Assembly (NCBI RefSeq): GCF_015057185.1
Contig: NZ_SVEV01000009.1
Location: 19,672-83,671, forward strand
DNA from: Pseudobutyrivibrio sp.
Lineage (GTDB): Bacteria; Bacillota; Clostridia; Lachnospirales; Lachnospiraceae
Length of the DNA stretch: 64,000 nt
Reading direction: 5' to 3'
Shown here: positions 55,408-63,442 of the stretch, one piece after another
Position numbering within the stretch: the first letter of the stretch is position 1
How the letters are laid out: each line of letters opens with the position of its first letter
Position numbers and translations under genes: made by a program
The notes under the pieces: generated by a model
The model's database searches: none
The model's input: only the letters and a program-made list of their open reading frames with translations
What the model was told of the DNA's origin: nothing

Positions 55408-56814
55408 ATGAAAAAGGTTATAACTTACGGAACTTTTGATTTGTTCCACGAAGGTCATTATAAGTTGCTAAAGAGAGCAAAAGAGCTTGGGGACTACCTT
55501 ATTGTAGGTGTCACCACGGAGACCTATGACCGTTCAAGAGGAAAATTGAATGTAGTTGATGACCTTATGACCCGCATTGAAAATGTACGAAAGACAGGCT
55601 TTGCTGATGAGATTATTATAGAAGAAACTATTGGTCAGAAGGTTAGCGATGTTCTCAAATACAAAATTGATATTTTCACTGTAGGTAGTGATTGGACCGG
55701 CGTATTTGATTATATGGAGGAGTACTGCGAGGTCGTTTACCTAGAGCGTACAAAGAATGTTTCTTCTACAATGCTGAGAAACGAAGCATTTCACATTCAG
55801 AGAATTGGCATAATCGGAAATGGCAGAATAGCAGGCAGATTTATATCAGACGCAAAGAGCGTATCTGGTGTGAACGTTCAGGGGGTGTACAATCCACATT
55901 CTGATAGTGCAAAGAAATTTGCGAAAGAGCATGATCTTAATTTTTATAAATCCTTAGATAAAATGTATGAGGACACTGATATTATTTACATCGCTGCTCC
56001 TCATGAGACGCATTATTCCTACATCAAGGATGCTTTAGAGCATGACAAGCATGTAATCAGCGAGAAGCCTCTGGTATTTAAGGAACAGCAGGCGAAAGAG
56101 CTTTTTGATTTGGCAAAAGAACGAGGTAAGATTCTCATAGAAGGTATCAAAACTGCATATTGCCCAGGTTTTACAAAGCTTATTGATGTGGCCTGCTCTG
56201 GTTTGATTGGAGCAGTTAGATATGTGGAGGCATGCTTCACAAAGCTAGAGGACCCGGATACTAGAGAACTTACAGATTTGAAATATGGTGGCAGCTTCAC
56301 AGAGCTAGGCAGCTATTGTTTGCTTCCTATAATCAAGTTGTTTGGCACTGAGTACGAGAATGCCACTTTTGAAAGTATCCGAAATGAGGATGGGCTAGAT
56401 ATATTTACAAAATGTAACCTCACATTCAAGCGTGGAATGGCTACAGCCACTTGTGGATTAGGTGTCAAAAGTGAAGGTAGATTGTTGATAGCCGGTACCC
56501 GAGGATACATAGTTGTTGATGCACCATGGTGGAAGACCACATACTTTGAGGTTCACTATGAAGATCCAAATCTAGTTGAAAAGTATTCTGAAAGATTCCT
56601 TGGCGAAGGTTTAAGATACGAGATAGCTGATGCCCTTAACCAGATTAATGGAAATGGCAAGAGCGAATTTAAGCTTACTCGAAAGGAATCTATTGCCATG
56701 GCGTCTGTTATGGAGAAATTTTTGGAGCATGAGAATAGAGAAAAAGTAGTACAGGTTAGTTTCAAGAATATTTCAAGAGATGCAGGTGAAGTAATTAGTG
56801 GACTAGGTATATAG
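55408..56814 (+). CDS. Fusion: glycerol-3-phosphate cytidylyltransferase-like (TagD) + Gfo/Idh/MocA-family oxidoreductase
   Basis: N-terminus has YGTFDLFHEGHYKLL (HxGH) and RTKNVSSTMLR (RTxGISTT-like). From ~aa 130 there is a Rossmann motif IGIIGNGRIAGRF and an EKP motif (ISEKPLV). ATG lies 5 nt after SD GAGGAG. Confidence 0.8.
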   Translation: MKKVITYGTFDLFHEGHYKLLKRAKELGDYLIVGVTTETYDRSRGKLNVVDDLMTRIENVRKTGFADEIIIEETIGQKVSDVLKYKIDIFTVGSDWTGVFDYMEEYCEVVYLERTKNVSSTMLRNEAFHIQRIGIIGNGRIAGRFISDAKSVSGVNVQGVYNPHSDSAKKFAKEHDLNFYKSLDKMYEDTDIIYIAAPHETHYSYIKDALEHDKHVISEKPLVFKEQQAKELFDLAKERGKILIEGIKTAYCPGFTKLIDVACSGLIGAVRYVEACFTKLEDPDTRELTDLKYGGSFTELGSYCLLPIIKLFGTEYENATFESIRNEDGLDIFTKCNLTFKRGMATATCGLGVKSEGRLLIAGTRGYIVVDAPWWKTTYFEVHYEDPNLVEKYSERFLGEGLRYEIADALNQINGNGKSEFKLTRKESIAMASVMEKFLEHENREKVVQVSFKNISRDAGEVISGLGI

Positions 56815-56832
56815 AATGATATGAAAGCAGAT

Positions 56833-56860
56833 AAGAGATGGTGATGAGCCATCTCTTTTT
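56833..56860 (+). terminator. Rho-independent terminator
   Basis: Stem aagagatgg/ccatctctt followed by a T-run. Confidence 0.8.
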
Positions 56861-57007
56861 ATGTATTTGGAATAATTGCAAAACAATTAAATTGATGGTA
56901 GTTTTGAGTAAAATAATAATCATTTTGATGGTGATTAGATATTAATGATGATTGTATGTTATAATCGTAAATACGAAGCAGCAATTCATACGAGGAGATA
57001 TTAAAAA

Positions 57008-58591
57008 ATGGGCAAATATTTAAACCCAGGTAATGCAGGGTTTACACAAATTACAAATGGAAACTATGTGGATAAGACCGGATTAATCGGTCTTATTAAC
57101 GAATCTATCAATACACCACAAAAGTTGACTTGCGTAAGTAGACCTAGACGATTTGGAAAATCATTTGCTGCCCAGATGTTATGTGCATATTATGATTGCA
57201 CTTGTGACTCTGAATCCTTATTTAACGGGTATGAAGTAGCCAAGACAGCGAGCTACAAGGAATACCTTAACAAGTTTAATGTTTTATATTTAGATATTAC
57301 AGGCTTTATTTCGAATTTAAAAAGCAAAGAAAGAGAATTAAGAGAGATTGTATCTGATATCACAGAAGCTATAAAACGTGAATTAGTGGAGGACTATCCG
57401 GAGCTAGAAGCAATAACAGAGTTGATAGATTGTTTGATTGGTTATGCAGAAAAAAGTAGTAAACAGTTCATCTTTATTATCGACGAGTGGGACTCTGTAA
57501 TCAGAGAAGGTAAAAATGATGAGAAAATCCAGATAATATATTTGAATTTATTAAGAGAATGGTTTAAAAATGGAAATTTTACACCTCAGGTAGTAGCTGC
57601 TGCGTACATGACAGGAATACTCCCTATAAAAAAAGATGGGACAGAATCAGCTATATCAGATTTTATGGAGTATACTGTTTTAAATCCTGGAAGATTTGCT
57701 AGATACACCGGATTTACGGAGACAGAAGTAAAGTGTCTTTGCGAGGAGACTAATCAGAATTTCGAAAAGATGAAGGAGTGGTATGATGGCTACTCATTTA
57801 TACAAGAGGATTCTATTTATAATCCATATTCTGTAATGTCCGTAATTAGAATGCAGAATTTTGAATCATTTTGGCAGAAAACATCTGCAGCAGAATCATT
57901 GCCGACATATATAAATCTAAACTTCAATGGCTTACAGGATGACATTATTAGATTAATAGCTGGAGAGAATATTGAGGTAAATGTTAATGGTTTCGCAAAT
58001 GATGTGGAATCGTTTAAAACAAAAGATGATGTACTCACTTTGATGGTTCATTTAGGATATTTGGCATATAATTCTTACGATAGAACTGTAATGATACCTA
58101 ACAAAGAAGTAAAAACAGAATTTGAAGATTTAATAAAAAATGCTGACAATACAAAGCTTTGTGAGCTTGTTCAAAAATCAAGAAAGCTCCTTCAAGATAC
58201 AATTGACGGAGACGAGACTTCAGTGTGTAAAGGAATAGAAAAGATAAGAGAGTCATCATATGCACCCACATTTTATAATGATGAGCAATCTTTAAGATAC
58301 GTAATTAAATTTGCATATATTGTATGCGTTGATCAATACGTACGTGTCGAAGAATTACCGTCAGGGAAGGGTATAGCTGATGTGGTATATATTCCGAAAA
58401 AGAATTCAAACTTGCCAGCGTTGGTCGTGGAATTGAAATGGAACAAGACAGAGGATGCAGCTATAAAACAAATAAAAGAAAAAAATTATCCAAGTGTGAT
58501 AAAAGATTTTGATGGCGATATAGTGTTAGTCGGAATCAATTATGATGAGAAAAATAAAACTCACACATGTAAAATAGAGAGAATATCTTAG
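57008..58591 (+). CDS. Predicted AAA-ATPase fused to PD-(D/E)XK nuclease domain (AAA-ATPase_like + PDDEXK_9/DUF1703 architecture)
   Basis: 527 aa. N-terminus FVDKTGLI...RPRRFGKS (P-loop-like) and Walker B FIIDEWD. C-terminus GIADVVYIP...LVVELKWNK (D...ExK). Confidence 0.78.
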   Translation: MGKYLNPGNAGFTQITNGNYVDKTGLIGLINESINTPQKLTCVSRPRRFGKSFAAQMLCAYYDCTCDSESLFNGYEVAKTASYKEYLNKFNVLYLDITGFISNLKSKERELREIVSDITEAIKRELVEDYPELEAITELIDCLIGYAEKSSKQFIFIIDEWDSVIREGKNDEKIQIIYLNLLREWFKNGNFTPQVVAAAYMTGILPIKKDGTESAISDFMEYTVLNPGRFARYTGFTETEVKCLCEETNQNFEKMKEWYDGYSFIQEDSIYNPYSVMSVIRMQNFESFWQKTSAAESLPTYINLNFNGLQDDIIRLIAGENIEVNVNGFANDVESFKTKDDVLTLMVHLGYLAYNSYDRTVMIPNKEVKTEFEDLIKNADNTKLCELVQKSRKLLQDTIDGDETSVCKGIEKIRESSYAPTFYNDEQSLRYVIKFAYIVCVDQYVRVEELPSGKGIADVVYIPKKNSNLPALVVELKWNKTEDAAIKQIKEKNYPSVIKDFDGDIVLVGINYDEKNKTHTCKIERIS

Positions 58592-58813
58592 GGATTGATT
58601 TGTAATAAAACTTGCATATTGAATGCTGCATTACGATATTGCTATAAATCATGCTCCTGAGTATGATGTTGATGCAATATATGAAGAATTGAATAAGTAG
58701 AGATTACTCCTCATGTAAGGTTTAACGTTTATTACATGGGGATTTTTTTGATATATTTAGGACTTTCTAAGGTATAATAGAAAGTCACAATGATGCCGGA
58801 AGGATAAAAGAAG

Positions 58814-58957
58814 ATGGAAGTAAATGTAATACTTGCAAACTACATAGAGATAATAAATCCTATGACACATAGCAAGGAATTATTTGATAAATGGGTAGAC
58901 AATTATCCATTCTTTAATAATATTGAAAAAGAGGGAGTAGTACTGTATGCAGCATAA
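58814..58957 (+). pseudogene. Short ORF resembling the C-terminal end of a nucleotidyltransferase (MNT-like) protein; probable gene remnant
   Basis: 47 aa ending ...IEKEGVVLYAA. No N-terminal catalytic part. Followed by an ATGA-overlapping 28-aa ORF and a terminator hairpin at 59072-59097. Confidence 0.3.
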
Positions 58958-59366
58958 TGAAGATGTTTGAACACGCATGGGTGTATGAGAATAAAGGCAG
59001 AAAAATGCACATAAGTATGGAGAATCGCAAAGAAGAATTTTGAAAGAAAAGGAATATGATGTAGTTGTAAGAAATGAGATGGGAAACCATCTCATTTTAC
59101 ATTTTCAAGAGAGGAAAAATCCGAATTTACTAAAATAAAAGTGCCGAAAATACTAAAATGAAATTGAATGATTAAATTCATCTTTTGCTGGCAAGTCCTG
59201 TCGCTATGCAGGTTTCTATATGGTTGATGGCAAATACAGAGATAACTGCTCTATATATGATAAAACCGTGCAATGGGTCGTTATAAATCTCGATTTTATA
59301 GGATTTTTTTAATTTCAAAAACGTTTACGTAAAAAAACGTTTATATTATACTTAAGTCGATAAAAT

Positions 59367-59396
59367 TTGACAAAATTGTATTGATTTGTTTAATAT
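59367..59396 (+). promoter_or_regulatory. Sigma-A type promoter of hipBA
   Basis: TTGACA (59367-59372), 18-nt spacer, TAATAT (59391-59396). Confidence 0.6.
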
Positions 59397-59419
59397 TATT
59401 GATGTAAGGAGATGATAAT

Positions 59420-59731
59420 ATGGCAAAGAAGTCAATAGTATTATTACCAGAAACAGAAGAAATATTACAAGAAATGGGATTGCAAATAAAATATGCGAGA
59501 TTGCGTAGAAAGCTATCTGCAGAATTAGTGGCAGAGAGAGCGGGGATTAGTAGAGCTACGCTTGTATCTATTGAGAAGGGGGCATCATCTGTTGCCATTG
59601 GTTGTTATGCAGCTGTTCTGCATGCACTTAACTACATGGATAAAGATTTATTGCTAGTGGCGAAAGATGATGAATTAGGCAGAAAGTTACAAGATTTAGA
59701 ATTGCCTATAAAAAAAAGAGTAAGAAAATGA
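59420..59731 (+). CDS. hipB: XRE-family HTH antitoxin (HipB-like)
   Basis: 103 aa. HTH pattern LRRKLSAELVAERAGISRATLVSIEKG. Lies directly upstream of hipA. Confidence 0.85.
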   Translation: MAKKSIVLLPETEEILQEMGLQIKYARLRRKLSAELVAERAGISRATLVSIEKGASSVAIGCYAAVLHALNYMDKDLLLVAKDDELGRKLQDLELPIKKRVRK

Positions 59732-59739
59732 GGTAAATA

Positions 59740-60981
59740 ATGGAATCAGGAAAAGAAATATTTGTATATGCTGATTTTGAACAATTCGATAATGAATTGG
59801 TTGGTAAGATAAACGTATCTATTGTTCGTGGTAGAGAATTTTACAGCTTCGAATATTCTGAAGAATGGTTGAAACATCAAAATTTTGTTATTGATCCAGA
59901 CTTGCAATTATATAAAGGCAGGCAGTATATCAATGATGATAAAAAAATATTTGGAGCGTTCGCAGATTCGTGTCCAGATAGATGGGGCCGAAAGCTTATG
60001 GATCGTAGAGAGGAATTGCGAGCTAGGGAAAATGATGAGCGCCCAAGGAAGCTTTTAGAAAGTGATTATTTGTTAGGTGTTTACGACGAATCTAGAATGG
60101 GAGGCTTAAGATTTAAAACAAATGAAGATGGACCATTCCTTTCGGATGATGTTGAATTCTCAACTCCACCATGGACTTCTCTTAGAGAATTGGAGCAAGC
60201 ATCAATAGCTTTTGAAAATGAAGATAATGGACTAGATGATAAGTGGTTAAAGCAATTGTTGGCACCAGGTTCTTCATTGGGGGGAGCTCGTCCTAAGGCA
60301 TCGGTAAAAGCTCCAGATGAGACACTTTGGATTGCAAAATTCCCATCGAAACATGATGACATAGATTCGGGAGCATGGGAAATGGTAGTGCATGATTTGG
60401 CGATAATGTGTGGACTAAATGTGCCTGAAGCTAAAGCGGAGAAATTTTCAAAGCTTGGAACAACATTTCTTGTAAAAAGATTCGATAGGGATGGCGAAAA
60501 AAGAATACACTTTTCATCCGCAATGACAATGCTTGGAAAGAGTGATGGAGCAAATGCAGTAGATGGAAGTAGTTATTTAGAAATTGTTTCTTTCCTTAAG
60601 GCAAATGGGGCGCATCCGAAGGATGACATTAAGGAATTATGGAAACGAATTGTATTTAGTATTGCTGTGTCTAATACAGACGACCATTTCAGAAATCACG
60701 GATTTATATTAGAAAATGATGGTTGGAGCTTATCTCCAATGTATGATGTGAATCCAGACATATATGGACGATACTTATCTCTAAATATAAATGATACTGA
60801 GTCTATGTTAGATTTTGATGTTGCTGTTGATGCGGCACCATATTATGGAATAGAGAAAAAAGATGCGGAAAAAATGGTAGATAAAATAAAAGATATTGTT
60901 ACCAATAACTGGAAAAATCTAGCTTCTAAATATGGTGTTGGAAGAGGAGAAATTGAACGAATGAAAGTGGCATTTGTTTAG
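59740..60981 (+). CDS. hipA: HipA-family type II toxin kinase
   Basis: 413 aa. Motifs GGARPKA, DDHFRNHGF and PMYDVNP. Confidence 0.92.
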   Translation: MESGKEIFVYADFEQFDNELVGKINVSIVRGREFYSFEYSEEWLKHQNFVIDPDLQLYKGRQYINDDKKIFGAFADSCPDRWGRKLMDRREELRARENDERPRKLLESDYLLGVYDESRMGGLRFKTNEDGPFLSDDVEFSTPPWTSLRELEQASIAFENEDNGLDDKWLKQLLAPGSSLGGARPKASVKAPDETLWIAKFPSKHDDIDSGAWEMVVHDLAIMCGLNVPEAKAEKFSKLGTTFLVKRFDRDGEKRIHFSSAMTMLGKSDGANAVDGSSYLEIVSFLKANGAHPKDDIKELWKRIVFSIAVSNTDDHFRNHGFILENDGWSLSPMYDVNPDIYGRYLSLNINDTESMLDFDVAVDAAPYYGIEKKDAEKMVDKIKDIVTNNWKNLASKYGVGRGEIERMKVAFV

Positions 60982-61052
60982 TTAGGGACCATTTAAGGAT
61001 TTAATAATATTGTAACGTGGACAGGCACGAAAGTTTACTGAGAGTATGATAG

Positions 61053-61086
61053 GCGCTTCGCATCGCATGATGCGGTGCGCTTTTTT
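61053..61086 (+). terminator. Rho-independent terminator
   Basis: 12-bp GC-rich stem (one mismatch, one wobble), gcat loop, T6. Confidence 0.8.
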
Positions 61087-61290
61087 GTTGCAAGTAAAGG
61101 AGGGGTATTACATTTATTAAAAAGTACGTTTAAGTAATATATGTAATAATGATTAGCTGTACTGATATAATTTAAAATCTATTACCAAAGTAACATATAA
61201 TGGTAATGGGCGGAAAAACAAGTGATGCTGATTAAAGTTCTAAATAAAGCTTTTATTAACACAAAATAAAGTTGATAGCCAAATTAAAAA

Positions 61291-61404
61291 TAGTTCGGAG
61301 TAAATCGAGTCGGTGTATACCGAATTAAAACTTTACAAATGCAAATAGTAGATATAAAATACAATTAGTTCGAAATAAATCGAGTCGGAGGGAATCGAAT
61401 AAAA
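61291..61404 (+). repeat. Duplicated ~40-nt leader element upstream of the ATPase gene
   Basis: TAGTTCGGAGTAAATCGAGTCGG (61291-61313) and TAGTTCGAAATAAATCGAGTCGG (61366-61388), each followed by (A/T)(C/T)CGAAT(T)AAAA. Each copy can form a hairpin, with one compensatory G-C to A-T change. Confidence 0.8.
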
Positions 61405-62801
61405 TGAGTGGATTTATTGGGAGAGATATAGAATTAAAAAAGCTAAAAAAAGAAATACTATCTGAAGAAATGCGAATGGTATTAATATATGGGCGTCGTA
61501 GAGTAGGCAAAAGTGAGCTAGTAAAGCAGGCATTATCGGAAATAAATATAAAAAGCATATATTATGAATGTAAAGAAGTTGCAGAAGAAAGTAATGTGCA
61601 GAGTATATGCCAAATTATGGAGGATACATTTGGAACGCCAAAACTAGGATATACAGCAGTAGAGGAACTATTGGATTATATTTTTCAAGTATCAGAAAAA
61701 AAAGAAATGGCGTTAGTTTTAGATGAGTATCCATATCTCAGAGATAATGTAAAAGGTTTGGATAGTATTATTCAAGCATTAATTGATAAGTATAGAAAAA
61801 TATCTAAGCTAACATTAATAATATTGGGATCATATGTTGAAGTGATGAAATCCTTGCTTGAGCATTCAAATCCGCTTTATGGAAGAGTTGATTGTACATT
61901 AGATTTAAAACAAATGGATTATTATGATTCTGCAAAGTTTTATTCGAGTTTTTCATATGAAGATAAAGTTAGATTATACTCTGTTTTTGGAGGTATACCA
62001 TATTATAATCGATTGATTGATGAGTCAAAAAGTGTACGAGAAAATATTATAGATCTGATTGCTTCAGAAGGAGCAAGACTTGAAAATGAAGTGACAATGT
62101 ATTTAAGCTATGAAATCAAAAAAATAGTAAATGCCAATGAGGTCTTTGAAGCACTTGCTCGCGGATATAGTAAATACAGTGATATACTATCACAATCACA
62201 TGTATCTAGTGGACCTACATTGGTGGATGTTTTAGATAAACTGATTAAAATGGAAGTTGTGGAAAAAAAAGCTCCAATAAATGATGAAAATAACAAAAAG
62301 AAGGCTGGATATTATATTTGCGATAACCTTTCGCTATTCTACTATAGATATATATTCAAATATTTATCCCAAATGAAGATTATGGATGCGAATGTTTTTT
62401 ATAATAAATATATAAATGAGGATTTTGAGAAAAGTTATGTTCCAAAGATGTTTGAAGAAATTTGTAAACAATATTTAATACTTATGAATAAGAAAGGTAA
62501 AGTAGATCCAGTAATAGAAAAAATAGGAAAATATTATTATGATGATCCAATTAATAAAAAGAATGGTGAATTTGATATAGTAACCCAGGATGAGAAAGGA
62601 TATGTATTTTATGAGGTTAAATTTAAAAACAAGATGTTATCTAATGCTGTTATAGAAAAAGAAATTCAGCAGGTAATGGATACAGGATTGAATTGCTATA
62701 AATATGTTTTCTTTTCATCTAGCGGATTTATGGATGAGGAAAGAGATAATATTGAACACATTGATATTAGTGAACTCTATAGTAAGGTTGAAATAATGTA
62801 A
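61404..62801 (+). CDS. ATP-binding protein (Arch_ATPase/DUF234-type AAA+ ATPase)
   Basis: 465 aa. FIGRDIELKKL...VLIYGRRRVGKSELV (Walker A), VLDEYPYL (Walker B), and a C-terminal DUF234-like region from memory. Confidence 0.8.
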   Translation: MSGFIGRDIELKKLKKEILSEEMRMVLIYGRRRVGKSELVKQALSEINIKSIYYECKEVAEESNVQSICQIMEDTFGTPKLGYTAVEELLDYIFQVSEKKEMALVLDEYPYLRDNVKGLDSIIQALIDKYRKISKLTLIILGSYVEVMKSLLEHSNPLYGRVDCTLDLKQMDYYDSAKFYSSFSYEDKVRLYSVFGGIPYYNRLIDESKSVRENIIDLIASEGARLENEVTMYLSYEIKKIVNANEVFEALARGYSKYSDILSQSHVSSGPTLVDVLDKLIKMEVVEKKAPINDENNKKKAGYYICDNLSLFYYRYIFKYLSQMKIMDANVFYNKYINEDFEKSYVPKMFEEICKQYLILMNKKGKVDPVIEKIGKYYYDDPINKKNGEFDIVTQDEKGYVFYEVKFKNKMLSNAVIEKEIQQVMDTGLNCYKYVFFSSSGFMDEERDNIEHIDISELYSKVEIM

Positions 62802-62805
62802 AAGA

Positions 62806-63147
62806 ATGGGGGTAATTATTATGATACGGGATATAGAAAAAGGAATTGGATTATTCGTATGGAATGTTTTGTTGCTTATTGAACAAGGAGAGAATGAAGA
62901 GATTGTCGTAATTGAAGAAAAAATGAGACAGAAAGAACTAGTTAGATATTTATATAGTAAATATAATTTGCGGATGTCTTTGGAAGCATATGATGTAGAA
63001 ATGTTAGAAGAGTTCTTCAATAAAAGAGTGGAATTTATAGAAGGATGTGAACTTTCAAAATTTGGAATAGCAAAGACAGAATCTGGATTATTTATTATTC
63101 CGGTATTGTTTTCGCTAGATGTGGAGAGTCCATTTCGGCAGGACTAG
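62806..63147 (+). CDS. Hypothetical protein (possibly the first part of a frameshifted gene)
   Basis: 113-aa ORF starting 5 nt after the ATPase stop. No family recognised. Two further ORFs continue in other frames up to 63442. Confidence 0.4.
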   Translation: MGVIIMIRDIEKGIGLFVWNVLLLIEQGENEEIVVIEEKMRQKELVRYLYSKYNLRMSLEAYDVEMLEEFFNKRVEFIEGCELSKFGIAKTESGLFIIPVLFSLDVESPFRQD

Positions 63148-63247
63148 ATTTAAATGCATATATTGAGAATCAGAAATATTATGTGTCTTCACTTGGACGT
63201 ATTATTGATCGTTTTGCTATATCTATAGATGATGAAAAAAGAGATAA

Positions 63248-63442
63248 GTGGTACAGGAAAAATTTTCCAAAATAGTCGATTTGTACTCAATAGAACATGT
63301 ATATTTCATAGAAAAATACATGAATGAACTCAAAACCAATAGACAAATTGAACCCCAATATTATTATCAAGATGTAAAAAGTAATGAAAAAACTCAATGG
63401 GTAGAAAAAACTACAAACTTGTCTCTTTTATTTGGGATTTAG
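63248..63442 (+). CDS. Hypothetical 64-aa ORF (GTG start; possibly the tail of a frameshifted gene)
   Basis: ORF only; no SD and no recognisable family. Confidence 0.25.
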   Translation: MVQEKFSKIVDLYSIEHVYFIEKYMNELKTNRQIEPQYYYQDVKSNEKTQWVEKTTNLSLLFGI

